Source: Candidatus Latescibacterota bacterium
Lineage (GTDB): Bacteria; Latescibacterota; UBA2968; GCA-2709665
Assembly (NCBI GenBank): GCA_965222075.1
Contig: OZ244937.1
Coordinates: 2,336,001-2,400,000 of the forward strand
DNA length: 64,000 bases
Reading direction: 5' to 3'
Under the pieces are notes generated by a model. It saw only the letters and a list, made by a program, of their open reading frames with translations, was not told the DNA's origin and ran no database searches. Of the stretch, positions 48,849 to 58,570 are shown in pieces (position 1 is the first letter of the stretch; each line of letters opens with the position of its first letter). The position numbers and the translations under genes are program-made.

Positions 48849-49400
48849 TCATCCTGCCCACGGCGTCTCCTCCTCCTGCGCCTCCTCCAGCTCGGCCCAG
48901 GTCCGTTCGGCCGCCTCGCGTGCGATACGGGCCTCAAACCCCCGCCTGCCCAAAAAGCCGTACATCCGGGAAAGCGCCTTCTGGCGTTCCAGCCCCCGGT
49001 ATCGCTCCTGCCGGGACCTCAGTAAGTCCAGGGCGACCACACCTAAGTCCACGCCCTCCAGCGCCTCGTCCAGGACCTGCTGGACGGTCTCCTCCGCAAC
49101 GCCCCGCACCTTGAGCTCCCGCGCCAGCATCTGTCGGCCCATCGGCCGCAAACGCATCCGTTCCTGCACAAAGCGCCTCGCAAACGCCCAATCGTCGATC
49201 AGCCCGAGTCGTTCCAGCGTCTGCACCGTCTGCTCAATTGCCCGCCGCCTGAACTGCCTTCCCCGCAGCTTGCCGAGGATCTCCTGCCGGGTGTAAGCCC
49301 GCCCGCCCAGCAGACCAAAGGCAACCTTCTTGGCCTTCTCAACCTCCTCGTCTACCTCGAACATCCGGGCCGATTCGGGATGGAGCTTCAATGCTGGCAC
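48849..49400 (-). CDS. recX: Regulatory protein RecX
   Basis: Directly downstream of recA; GLIDDWAFA, ELKVRGV, FLGRRGF. Confidence 0.85.
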   Translation of the reverse strand: MPALKLHPESARMFEVDEEVEKAKKVAFGLLGGRAYTRQEILGKLRGRQFRRRAIEQTVQTLERLGLIDDWAFARRFVQERMRLRPMGRQMLARELKVRGVAEETVQQVLDEALEGVDLGVVALDLLRSRQERYRGLERQKALSRMYGFLGRRGFEARIAREAAERTWAELEEAQEEETPWAG

Positions 49401-49456
49401 CTCTTAAAGGCCAAATGACGGTGGATACTTCCCCCCCTTCCGGGGGTGGGACAGGC

Positions 49457-50506
49457 CTATCCTTCCGCCGCCGCCTGCTGTTCTGAGGGCGTCCCGTTTA
49501 CCGGCAGCGCCACTGCCTGCCGCACCTCCTGCTCGACCCTGGTTGCAATTTCCGGGTTCTCTTTCAGGAAGCGCTTCACATTCTCCCTGCCCTGTCCCAG
49601 ACGGCCGCCGTCGTAGGAGAACCAGGTCCCGCTCTTGTTGATGATCCCGTGCAGTTCGGCCATGTCGATCAGGCTTCCCTCCCGTGAGATCCCCCCGCCG
49701 AACATCAGGTCGAACTCCGCCTCCTTAAACGGCGCAGCCATCTTGTTCTTCACCACCCGGACCTTCACCCGGTTGCCGATCACGTTCTGCCCGTCCTTAA
49801 TAGATCCGATCCGCCGGATGTCCATCCGCACGGACGAATAGAACTTGAGGGCGTTCCCCCCGCTGGTCGTCTCCGGGTTGCCGAACATCACCCCGATCTT
49901 CATCCGGATCTGATTGGTGAAAATCAAGCAGGTCTTCGACCGACTGACGGACCCGGACAGCTTGCGCATCGCCTGGGACATCAGCCGCGCCTGCAGCCCC
50001 ATGTGGGAATCGCCCATCTCACCTTCCAACTCCGCCCTGGGCACCAGCGCCGCTACCGAATCGACCACCACCACGTCGGACGCCCCGCTGCGCACCAGCG
50101 TATCGGTAATCTCAAGCGCCTCCTCTCCGGTATCCGGCTGGGAGATCAACAGGTGCTCCAGATCCACCCCGATCTGTTCGGCCAGCTCCACATTGAGCGC
50201 ATGCTCAGCGTCCACAAACGCCGTCACACCGCCCCGTTTCTGGGCCTCGGCAATCACGTGCAGGGTCAGCGTTGTCTTCCCCGACCCTTCGGGGCCATAA
50301 ACCTCAATGATCCGCCCTTTGGGCACCCCTCCCGTCCCCAGGGCCACGTCCAGCGCCAGAGACCCCGTCGGGATCACCTCCGCCCTTATTCGGTGGTTTT
50401 CCTCCCCTCCCAACCGCATAATAGCCCCCTGACCGAACTGCTTCTCAATCTGAGCAATGGCCAGGTCAATCGCCTTCTCCTTACCGTCTGTCGCTCGCTT
50501 CGCCAT
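49457..50506 (-). CDS. recA: Recombinase RecA
   Basis: [38 protein letters not shown]. Confidence 0.99.
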   Translation of the reverse strand: MAKRATDGKEKAIDLAIAQIEKQFGQGAIMRLGGEENHRIRAEVIPTGSLALDVALGTGGVPKGRIIEVYGPEGSGKTTLTLHVIAEAQKRGGVTAFVDAEHALNVELAEQIGVDLEHLLISQPDTGEEALEITDTLVRSGASDVVVVDSVAALVPRAELEGEMGDSHMGLQARLMSQAMRKLSGSVSRSKTCLIFTNQIRMKIGVMFGNPETTSGGNALKFYSSVRMDIRRIGSIKDGQNVIGNRVKVRVVKNKMAAPFKEAEFDLMFGGGISREGSLIDMAELHGIINKSGTWFSYDGGRLGQGRENVKRFLKENPEIATRVEQEVRQAVALPVNGTPSEQQAAAEG

Positions 50507-50607
50507 AGCGTCGCCCCTCCTGTCCTCTGTATAGGGGGTTGATGGGATTACGGTGCAGCCCTTGGATCTCTAAAACACCTTCTGCACCGTACGTTAGGTG
50601 ACGACAT

Positions 50608-50636
50608 AATATACTGAACACATGTATATTGGTCAA
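50608..50636 (-). promoter_or_regulatory. recA promoter with overlapping inverted repeat (candidate SOS operator)
   Basis: Minus strand TTGACC-N17-TATATT, overlapped by AATATAC-N9-GTATATT. Confidence 0.65.
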
Positions 50637-51205
50637 GGGTAATAATGCCCCACATCCAGCGCCCCGCACCCCAGCACCGAATACACCGCCCCCTCAGGCC
50701 GCAGGTCGCTCTTCATCACGTCCACCCGTTCCACCCGGAAGCGAACCGGTTGGATCGGACCCGCCATATCCCCCGACAGCGCCACAGGCCGGCGACGCGC
50801 CCTTCCCAGCGTCAGGTGGGCAGTGAACCGCCGCCGCTCGGGGGGAAACCCGAGGGAGTTCAGGACGCGCTCGACCCCGTCCTGGAGCCGCTTCAGAGCC
50901 TCTAAGTCCCCCTCGATTCCAACCCAGAGCACCCGGGCTCGATCCCGGCTGGGAAACCCTCCGGCCCCTGCGGTCTGAAGCGTAAAAGGCGCGACCTCTC
51001 CGGCAACCTGCTCAACGGCCGCAACAACGTCTGGAATCTGCGCCTCTTCGACATCTCCCAGAAATTTCAGCGTCAGGTGGATGCCTTCCGGGCGCACCCA
51101 GCGCACCCCATCTCCTACCTCCCTCAGACAATCGATTGTAGCAGCCAGAGTCCGGACCACTTCACCCGGGAGTCCCACGGCAACAAATGTCCGCACCAAC
51201 CCCAT
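50633..51205 (-). CDS. thpR: RNA 2',3'-cyclic phosphodiesterase
   Basis: Two HxT motifs: HLTLKFLG and HLTLGR. Confidence 0.92.
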   Translation of the reverse strand: MGLVRTFVAVGLPGEVVRTLAATIDCLREVGDGVRWVRPEGIHLTLKFLGDVEEAQIPDVVAAVEQVAGEVAPFTLQTAGAGGFPSRDRARVLWVGIEGDLEALKRLQDGVERVLNSLGFPPERRRFTAHLTLGRARRRPVALSGDMAGPIQPVRFRVERVDVMKSDLRPEGAVYSVLGCGALDVGHYYP

Positions 51206-51209
51206 CAGA

Positions 51210-51707
51210 TTACCTGTTCCAGAGCGTCAATGCGCCGCGTAAAATCAGATTGCCGTAAACCCCGGCAATAATGTCGTCCATCATCACACCCCACCCCCCG
51301 GGCAGGGCTTCCAACTGGCGTGCGGGGGGCGGCTTCACAATATCCAGCGCTCTGAAAAGGAAAAATCCGGCAATTCCCAGCCCTATGGACGGAGGCAGCA
51401 GGAACATGGTCACGAAAAAACCGATCATCTCATCGATGACCACAGGCGCAGGATCTTTGCCCCAGACCGATTCACCGGCCGATGCGGCATACACACCCAG
51501 GACAAAAAGGAGCGTGAGGAAGGCGATCCAGGAAAACAGGCTGAGAGGAGGCAGCAGGCAGTAAATCACAAGCGCAACTGCAGTCCCGACCGTGCCGGGC
51601 GCAAAAACAGAATACCCCGCAAAAAAACCGGTAGCGATCAGACGCGTCGGGAAATTCAAAGAGCGCTCCCGTTCGGCATGCTGAGGTTCACAGGAAAGAG
51701 GAGACAA
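51210..51707 (-). CDS. pgpA: Phosphatidylglycerophosphatase A
   Basis: APGTVGT, DPAPVVIDE, FRALDIVKP, GVMMDD. Confidence 0.92.
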   Translation of the reverse strand: MSPLSCEPQHAERERSLNFPTRLIATGFFAGYSVFAPGTVGTAVALVIYCLLPPLSLFSWIAFLTLLFVLGVYAASAGESVWGKDPAPVVIDEMIGFFVTMFLLPPSIGLGIAGFFLFRALDIVKPPPARQLEALPGGWGVMMDDIIAGVYGNLILRGALTLWNR

Positions 51708-51711
51708 ACGT

Positions 51712-52299
51712 TCAGGTCCGGGACCGGTGCAGAACCCTCAGATAGCGCACACCTGAAACCACGGCCAGCAGCGTCACCGCAGCAACCAGCCCGTTCAACA
51801 CCAGATGCGACCAGGAATCGATCAGGACCAGCGGCTGTGACGTCAATTTTGCCTCGATAACCCGCACATTGATAAAGACCAGAATGCCGAAGATAATGAC
51901 CAGCTGCAGCATCGTCTTCCACTTGGCCAAACGGGACGTCACCACCGGCCGCCCCGCACGGATGCCATACACCCTAAGCCCCGTGATCGCCGCATCCCGA
52001 ATCAGCATCGCGCCCACCAGCCAGGCCTCTACCATCCCCAGAACCACAAAAGAGATCAGGGCCGAAGAAACCAGCAGCTTATCCGCCAGGGGGTCCAGAA
52101 ATTCCCCAAGGCTGGTCACCGTCCCGTTGCGTCGGGCAATCCGCCCGTCGTAGAAATCGGTCAGCGACGCCACCGTAAACACCAGCAGCGCCAGGATTTT
52201 GCAGTACCAACTCTCCGCAAAAATCAGGAGCAGAAAGACCGGCGTCAGCACAAGCCGAACCGTGCTTAGAATGTTCGGAAAGGTCACCAACCGATCCAT
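51712..52299 (-). CDS. pgsA: CDP-diacylglycerol--glycerol-3-phosphate 3-phosphatidyltransferase
   Basis: PNILSTVR, DFYDGRIARR..G.FLDPLADK. Confidence 0.9.
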   Translation of the reverse strand: MDRLVTFPNILSTVRLVLTPVFLLLIFAESWYCKILALLVFTVASLTDFYDGRIARRNGTVTSLGEFLDPLADKLLVSSALISFVVLGMVEAWLVGAMLIRDAAITGLRVYGIRAGRPVVTSRLAKWKTMLQLVIIFGILVFINVRVIEAKLTSQPLVLIDSWSHLVLNGLVAAVTLLAVVSGVRYLRVLHRSRT

Positions 52300-52361
52300 C
52301 GTCCCCCGCTTGGGAAAGGGGAGGTCTCCGGTATTTCCACGAAGGGTATTTGCGCGTTCCA

Positions 52362-52958
52362 TCACAATAGCTCCCGACGCCCTTCCAAGGCCCGCGCCAG
52401 AGTAACCTGATCCGCCAGCGTTAAGTCGCTCCCAACCGGCAGCCCCCGGGCAATCTGGGTCACCTTTATGTTGAACGGTTCAAGACACTGCCCGATGTAC
52501 TGTGCCGTGGCATCTCCCTCCACCGTTGGACCGTTCGCCAGAACCACTTCCTTGATCTCGTTCTGTTTCAACCGCTCCAACAGCTCCTGAATGTGCAGAT
52601 CTTCGGGACCGATGCCGTCCAGTGGAGAAATCCGACCGTCTAAAACGTGGTACACTCCCCGATTGGTACTCGTCTGCTCAATGGCCAGGAGGTCTCCCAC
52701 ATAGTCGACCACCATCAACAGTGAGCGATCTCGGCGCGGATCCGAGCAGATCGGACACGGATCGCTCTCGGTCAGATTAAAACAGACCGAACACCGCCGG
52801 ACCGCCGTCTTCACCTCTACCATCATTTTCGCCAGCTCGCTGACCTTCTCCGTGTCCCAGGTCAGCATCTCCAGCGCAATCCGCCGGGCGGACTTGGCCC
52901 CGATGCCCGGCAGACGGTTCAAACCGGCAATCAACCTGTCGATGGCGTTTGAAGTCAA
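52362..52958 (-). CDS. recR: Recombination mediator RecR
   Basis: LPGIGAKSARR, C4 zinc finger, Toprim, ALEGR. Confidence 0.95.
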   Translation of the reverse strand: MTSNAIDRLIAGLNRLPGIGAKSARRIALEMLTWDTEKVSELAKMMVEVKTAVRRCSVCFNLTESDPCPICSDPRRDRSLLMVVDYVGDLLAIEQTSTNRGVYHVLDGRISPLDGIGPEDLHIQELLERLKQNEIKEVVLANGPTVEGDATAQYIGQCLEPFNIKVTQIARGLPVGSDLTLADQVTLARALEGRRELL

Positions 52959-53017
52959 CCGTCCTTCTCCCCTATCTTTATCTCAATAAAGAGCGAAAAG
53001 CAGCAGCCACCGGAACC

Positions 53018-53350
53018 CTAAATCCCCAACCCCGGCACATTCATCCCCGGCGGGATCAACCCCGCCGTGGCCTTCTGCATCGCTTCTTCGGCCATCGCCT
53101 GTGCCTTTTCACGGGCCTGCTGGATCGCGGCCAGCACCAGATCCTCCAGCATCTCCACATCCTCCGGGTCCACCACTTCCGGGTCGATTTTGATCCCCAA
53201 AATCTCCTGACGCCCATTGGCTCTGACCACCACCATCCCGCCGCCGGCCGAACCTTCCACCTGCTTCTCTGCCAATCCCTCCTGCACCCTGGCCAGCTTT
53301 GCCTGGAGCTTCTGGGCCTGCCTCATCATCCCCGCCATACCCTTTGCCAT
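53018..53350 (-). CDS. YbaB/EbfC nucleoid-associated protein
   Basis: GSAGGGMV, DVEMLEDLVLAA; located between dnaX and recR. Confidence 0.92.
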   Translation of the reverse strand: MAKGMAGMMRQAQKLQAKLARVQEGLAEKQVEGSAGGGMVVVRANGRQEILGIKIDPEVVDPEDVEMLEDLVLAAIQQAREKAQAMAEEAMQKATAGLIPPGMNVPGLGI

Positions 53351-53422
53351 AACCACCGTCCTCCCGGGATGCTTCCCGCGCCGGCCTGCCTGCGCGTGCT
53401 GTCTCACGCACGCAGGCAGGGC

Positions 53423-55048
53423 CTACCGACGGAGAACCTCCCCATCAAAGATCCGGAGGGCCATCTGCACCCGTTCGTCCGCTTCGGCACGATCCTCATC
53501 CTCGGCTTGGGACGCCGCATCGCCATCCAGCCGGCACACCACCCGCAGCTTAGCCCCAAACAGCTTGGCTACCGCCGCTTCCACCGCCTCCCGGTTGCGG
53601 GTGACCTGATTGGCGTGAAACGTACTGCTCCGATCAAAAAAAACGTCCAGCTGACGACCTTTCAGCGCCCTGGGGCTTCCCGCTGCCAGAAACGTACCCA
53701 CCGAAATCTTCTGTGCCTTGACCCCCTGCACCAGCGCATCCCAGCCGGCCTGGACGGCCTTCAGCGTCACCTCGCCCCCCGTTGGGGGCTCCCGGTCCCG
53801 CGCCGCGGTTTCCGCTACGGGGGGCGCTGCCCTGGCCTCTTTCTGTGGGGGACTGCCTTTCCGATCCGGCTGCCGGGATCTTGTTGTTTCCCGGCCCTTT
53901 AAAAGCCCCTCCAGCCCCTCCAGCCGGCCCATCAGGTCCTCCAGCGCCACCGTCGAGGCCATCTTCACCAGCTTCATCACCGTCAGTTCCAGCCAGAATT
54001 GGGGTTCGGAGACGCGCCCTAAGTTAAGCTCAAGTTCGGAAACAATCTGGAGCATGCGAACCAGATCGTCCTCCTGAAAACGCCCGGCAAAGTCCACATA
54101 CCGCGCCCTGTCGGACTCCGGCAGACCCTCCCCTTCCATCCCCTCCGAAACGCGGGCCACCAGCAGGTGCCGGCCGTGCCCTAACAGCCCTTCGGTAAAC
54201 TCCCCCACATCCCCACCCTCTTCTATGACCCGGGCAACCACGTTCAGAGCGGCCGCCCCATCCCTGTCTAAGATCGCCTGCGTCAGTTCAAAATAAACGT
54301 CCCGGGGGATAATGCCCAGCAGATTCCTGGCGGCCTCTTCCGTAATCGCCCCTTCGGAAAAGGCCACGACCTGGTCCAGCAGGCTCAGCGCGTCTCTCAT
54401 CGCCCCATCGGCCTTCCGGGCGATCAGAAAAAGCGCCTCCTCCTGGGCTTCCAGGCTCTCCGCCTCCAAAATCGTTCGAAGCTGCGCCACAATCTGCTCG
54501 CTGGGAATCCGGCGGAAATTGTAGCGCTGGCACCGGGAGAGAATCGTCTCTGGCACCTTGTTGGACGCTGTGGTGGCAAATACGAAAACAACGTGCGGGG
54601 GGGGCTCCTCCAGCGTCTTGAGGAGGGCGTTAAAGGCCTCCGGCGTCAACATGTGGACTTCATCAATAATATAAACTTTCCGCTTCCCCTTGGAGGCCGC
54701 GTACCCCACTTCTTCTCGAAGCTGGCGGATCTCATCGATCCCCCGGTTGGACGCCCCGTCGACCTCCAGCACGTCAAAACTTTTGCCGTCTGCAATCGCC
54801 TTGCAGGAATCACACGCCCCGCAGGGATCCGGCGTGGGCCCCTCCTCGCAGTTGAGGGCCTTGGCCAGCAGCCGGGCCATGGTGGTCTTCCCCGTCCCAC
54901 GCGGGCCTGAAAAGAGATAGGCCTGAGCGACCCGGTCCGAGAGGATCGCATTTTGCAGGGTCTTCACAATGTGGTCCTGAGCGACAACGCGTCCAAACAC
55001 CTCCGGCCGCCACTCCCGGGCCATCACCCTGTAGACCTTGTGGGACAT
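53423..55048 (-). CDS. dnaX: DNA polymerase III subunit gamma/tau
   Basis: GPRGTGKTT, zinc module, DEVHML, FNALLKTLEEPP, SRC. Confidence 0.96.
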   Translation of the reverse strand: MSHKVYRVMAREWRPEVFGRVVAQDHIVKTLQNAILSDRVAQAYLFSGPRGTGKTTMARLLAKALNCEEGPTPDPCGACDSCKAIADGKSFDVLEVDGASNRGIDEIRQLREEVGYAASKGKRKVYIIDEVHMLTPEAFNALLKTLEEPPPHVVFVFATTASNKVPETILSRCQRYNFRRIPSEQIVAQLRTILEAESLEAQEEALFLIARKADGAMRDALSLLDQVVAFSEGAITEEAARNLLGIIPRDVYFELTQAILDRDGAAALNVVARVIEEGGDVGEFTEGLLGHGRHLLVARVSEGMEGEGLPESDRARYVDFAGRFQEDDLVRMLQIVSELELNLGRVSEPQFWLELTVMKLVKMASTVALEDLMGRLEGLEGLLKGRETTRSRQPDRKGSPPQKEARAAPPVAETAARDREPPTGGEVTLKAVQAGWDALVQGVKAQKISVGTFLAAGSPRALKGRQLDVFFDRSSTFHANQVTRNREAVEAAVAKLFGAKLRVVCRLDGDAASQAEDEDRAEADERVQMALRIFDGEVLRR

Positions 55049-55079
55049 GGAATCCACTCCAGAGTGTAATGAAAGACAA

Positions 55080-55354
55080 GGCCGTGCACCCCGCTTTGAT
55101 CCTCCATTTCGGGGCGTTCAGAAAGCGCCAGCTCCCGCCAGGTTGCCCCACGGCACACGGGCCGCATTGCCTACCGCTGCTACCTTCCGGTCCTGACGGA
55201 GTTGAGCAAGGACCCGTTGCGCAGGACCTGACGATCCACACCGCCTTCTCTCTGAACCGCATCCCAAAATGAGCAACCTCAGACGTGGGAATTCGACCCC
55301 GCTACAGCGGATTGCGGGCTACAGGGCACCGCTACCTCCCCGTCTAGCACGACC
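55080..55354 (-). ncRNA. ffs: Large bacterial SRP RNA (Alu-domain, Bacillus scRNA-type)
   Basis: 5' GTGCTAGACGGGGAGGTAGCGGTGCCCTGT, helix-8 TCAGGACCGGAAGGTAGCAGC, and complementary 5'/3' ends. Confidence 0.92.
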
Positions 55355-55433
55355 TTGAAAAAGGTTTCAGTGGTCAGCCGACGGCGGTTGGTCTCAATTT
55401 TACTGACCACTGACGACCGAAGACTGTTTTTTC

Positions 55434-55509
55434 TGGTGGAGCAGATGGGATTTGAACCCACGACCTCCAGAGTGCGATTCTGGCGCTCTCCCAACTGAGC
55501 TACTGCCCC
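55434..55509 (-). tRNA. tRNA-Ala(CGC)
   Basis: Cloverleaf with anticodon arm CCAGA-ATCGCAC-TCTGG, G3:U70 pair, and CCA end. Confidence 0.93.
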
Positions 55510-55543
55510 ACAATGATCATTGAAAATTGCCAGGATTGAAGGT

Positions 55544-55634
<91 letters not shown>

Positions 55635-55727
55635 AGCGTATAAGTCACAAGTCAGGGTTCCCAACCCTTCTTGCGAGTGCCGATCTTGAACTTTTGACTT
55701 TAGACGCGTGACTCAAAACGCTTTTCT

Positions 55728-55817
<90 letters not shown>

Positions 55818-55831
55818 AAAGCTCAGACACT

Positions 55832-56323
55832 TCAGCGCCGCTTCTTGAAGAAGACCCTCAAAACCTCCCCACAGGCCTGCTCCAGAACTCCCCTTTGGAC
55901 CGCCACTTGATGGTTCAACCGGCGGTCCTCGACCACATTCCGAACCGATCCGCACGCCCCGGCTTTTGGATCCCATGCCCCGAACACCAGCCTGGGTATG
56001 CGGGCCAGAACCATCGCCCCGGCGCACATAGCACAGGGCTCTAAGGTGATGTAAATCGTGCACCCTTCCAGACGCCACGACCCCAGGTGCGCGGCTGCCT
56101 GCCGGATGGCCAGCATCTCGGCGTGGGCCGTGGGATCGTTGTCCTGCCGGGTTCGGTTGTGCCCACACCCCACCACCTCTTCCCCCCGCAAAATCACCGC
56201 CCCCACAGGCACCTCACCCCCCGCTTCCGCCACCTTCGCCTCGGCTAAGGCCAACCGCATGCCAGCTTCGTCTACATCCTGCAAAACAACCCCGATTTGG
56301 ACACGTACAGGGGCGCATTCCAT
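55832..56323 (-). CDS. tadA: tRNA adenosine(34) deaminase
   Basis: EVPVGA, HAE, LEPCAMC, DPKAGA, FFKKRR. Confidence 0.93.
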   Translation of the reverse strand: MECAPVRVQIGVVLQDVDEAGMRLALAEAKVAEAGGEVPVGAVILRGEEVVGCGHNRTRQDNDPTAHAEMLAIRQAAAHLGSWRLEGCTIYITLEPCAMCAGAMVLARIPRLVFGAWDPKAGACGSVRNVVEDRRLNHQVAVQRGVLEQACGEVLRVFFKKRR

Positions 56324-56341
56324 ATCCTGAGAGAACTAACG

Positions 56342-56370
56342 AATATACCAATTTACCCCTGTTCAGTCAA
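56342..56370 (-). promoter_or_regulatory. sigma70-type promoter of the tadA-tRNA cluster
   Basis: TTGACT-N17-TATATT on the minus strand. Confidence 0.55.
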
Positions 56371-56448
56371 CCACTTTCCCGACCCCAAAAGCCGCCTAAC
56401 CCCTTGATCAGTTCGTGTAAAACACCCTCTTGCTCCCCTGAGATCCCA

Positions 56449-57750
56449 CTACAGCTTCGTGCAGAAAAACGGGATCAACATCTCCCTTTCGTGCAGCCCG
56501 CCGTGCCGCCCCCCCCGCAGGTGGGACGGCCTGGCCCCCTCTTTGTAGGGGTAAAAGAGCGTGTGGGCGTCTCGAAACAGCACCAGCAGCTCTCCGATCC
56601 GGCCCTGAAACTCGGAGCTGACCCGCCCCGGCCCCCATAGCCCCTCGCTCAGGGCATCCCCACACATCAGCACCAGCGCCCGATCTCCCAGGGCCACCCT
56701 GAGGTAGCCCTTCGCAGACGCCGCCCTTCCATCCCTCAGATACAGGTAGGCCGACCGCCCCGTTCCGGTCGGCGGCACAGCCAGCATTTTCCCCCATTTT
56801 GGAAATTTACGTATCGAAATCACGTCCTTCGGCTCGACCTGGATATGCCCGTGGTCTGACAGAAACATCAACGCGGCCCGTCCTCTGCCCGACCGTGCCC
56901 TGGGCCCCAAGAGTTCCCGTTGGAGGGAATAGGCCAGATTTCTCACCTCCGCTTCCGGCTCCTCCCCCAGCGTGCCGTAATGGTGCAGGATGGTGTCCAG
57001 CGCCCCCCAGTACGCCCAGATGCAGGCGGGTGTCTGTGGATCGGTCTCAAGCAATTTCCGAATCTGAACGAACAGGTCGGAAGAATTCACACAGGGGATA
57101 ACCTCCGTAGCCCCCTCATAATGCATCACCGAAAGCCCGCTCCGATGGATCGTATCCCGGATCAGACAGTACGACCGGACGCCCGCCCGGGCCAACCGTC
57201 GGTGCACGGTTGGCACCCCCAAAAGCGCCCGGGCAGCGCCCGGATGCTGCACCAACCGATTGGCACGCTCGTCTGCATCCGGACTCAATCGGATCATATT
57301 GGCCACCACGCCCCGCTCGGGAAGGTACATCCGGTAGCCCGCAATCCCGTGTCCAACCGGAGGCAGGCCCGTGTGCAGGGTGGTCAGCGCCACAGCCGTC
57401 GTAGAAGGAAACACCGACGTCAGCGGTGCAAACCGGCCCCGGCGCCTCAACTCGTTCAGACCAAGGCTGCGGTCCCCGGCCATCTGTGCCGACACCGCTA
57501 AGTACCCCAGGGCGTCCATAAGCATAACGACCAGCTTCCGGCATCCCTTTAATTCGTCCCCCACCACCTCAGGCGCCAGCGGCGGGGTTGGCACCCCCGA
57601 AACCCCAAAGTGGGCCAGCACCGTTGCCGGCACATTGGCCAGACTGTATCCACCATAAGCCGGCAGCACAAAATCGTCCGGCAGCGTCTCACCGGCCAGC
57701 GTACGTCTTTTCCGCAGACGCTTCAAAACGCCCTGGGCAACCCCTCTCAT
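56449..57750 (-). CDS. Alkaline-phosphatase superfamily (nucleotide pyrophosphatase-like) protein
   Basis: MDALG, SVFPSTT, D..HHYG, SDHGH, GRHGGL..EMLIP. Confidence 0.85.
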   Translation of the reverse strand: MRGVAQGVLKRLRKRRTLAGETLPDDFVLPAYGGYSLANVPATVLAHFGVSGVPTPPLAPEVVGDELKGCRKLVVMLMDALGYLAVSAQMAGDRSLGLNELRRRGRFAPLTSVFPSTTAVALTTLHTGLPPVGHGIAGYRMYLPERGVVANMIRLSPDADERANRLVQHPGAARALLGVPTVHRRLARAGVRSYCLIRDTIHRSGLSVMHYEGATEVIPCVNSSDLFVQIRKLLETDPQTPACIWAYWGALDTILHHYGTLGEEPEAEVRNLAYSLQRELLGPRARSGRGRAALMFLSDHGHIQVEPKDVISIRKFPKWGKMLAVPPTGTGRSAYLYLRDGRAASAKGYLRVALGDRALVLMCGDALSEGLWGPGRVSSEFQGRIGELLVLFRDAHTLFYPYKEGARPSHLRGGRHGGLHEREMLIPFFCTKL

Positions 57751-57828
57751 CGCACCTCCGATCCCAACAAACCATCCCCATCTCCAGGACAACCGATTGG
57801 CTGGTCGCCCCTTTTTTCGATTCGGACG

Positions 57829-58539
57829 CTACCCCCTGCACCGCCGCCGTTCAATCTCCTGGATCTTCCGCACCCCGTCCGCATACTTCCCCCCCTCAAA
57901 CGGCGTCGTCAGCCAGGTCGCCACAATCTCCCGCGCCACCGTATCCCCAACAGTCCCCACACCCAGACAGAGCACATTCGCATCCACGTGCGCCCGGGCA
58001 AACTTGGCCGACGTCACATCGTGGCAGGCTGTGGCCCGCACCCCCACCACCTTGTTGGCCACAATCGCGGACGGCCCCCCCGCACCGTCCGCCACGATCC
58101 CCGCCTCACAGCGTCCCTCCGCCACGGCCACCGCCACCTTTTCGGCCACCGCCTCACCCGCCCCGCAATCCACCACCTCCCGCCCCGCCCCCCGAAGCAT
58201 CCCCTTCAGCGCCTCCTTTAAGGCCTCCCCCCTCTGATCCGCCCCAACAGCAATCCCCCCCAACGTCCTTCCCGCCCCCGATCCACCCTCCTCCGCGTCC
58301 GTAACTTCAACCAGCGCGATCCCCTCCCGCCAGAGCGCATCCCGTGCCAGCGGCGTCACAATCCCCCCCTCACCCACCCGGATCTCCCTCCCCCCACGCG
58401 CCGCCGTCTCCACCACCAGTTCCTCGGTAACCAGCCGCACCGCAGGCTCGCCCCCCCAGTCCGCCGTCTCCTCCCCCGACAGCGCCTTCAGCCGCCGAAT
58501 CACCTCCACCACAATCCGTTCAATCAGCTCCCGATCCAT
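57829..58539 (-). CDS. RpiB/LacAB-family isomerase-like protein with N-terminal encapsulation-peptide-like helix
   Basis: ANKVVGVRA, ARAHVDANVLCLG, TPFEGG; N-terminus MDRELIERIVVEVIRRL and IVTPLARD. Confidence 0.8.
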   Translation of the reverse strand: MDRELIERIVVEVIRRLKALSGEETADWGGEPAVRLVTEELVVETAARGGREIRVGEGGIVTPLARDALWREGIALVEVTDAEEGGSGAGRTLGGIAVGADQRGEALKEALKGMLRGAGREVVDCGAGEAVAEKVAVAVAEGRCEAGIVADGAGGPSAIVANKVVGVRATACHDVTSAKFARAHVDANVLCLGVGTVGDTVAREIVATWLTTPFEGGKYADGVRKIQEIERRRCRG

Positions 58540-58570
58540 AGTCTCTCACCACACCCGTTTCAATTTTCTT

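Noticed and set aside
53636-53643. T8 run in dnaX as a transcriptional slippage site
   Set aside because: It is shorter than the A9-type runs known for this and lies too close to the C-terminus to yield a typical gamma.
55364-55420. CAGTGGTCAG..CTGACCACTG hairpin as a new ncRNA
   Set aside because: It is a simple inverted repeat between tRNA-Ala and ffs, more likely a processing or terminator hairpin.
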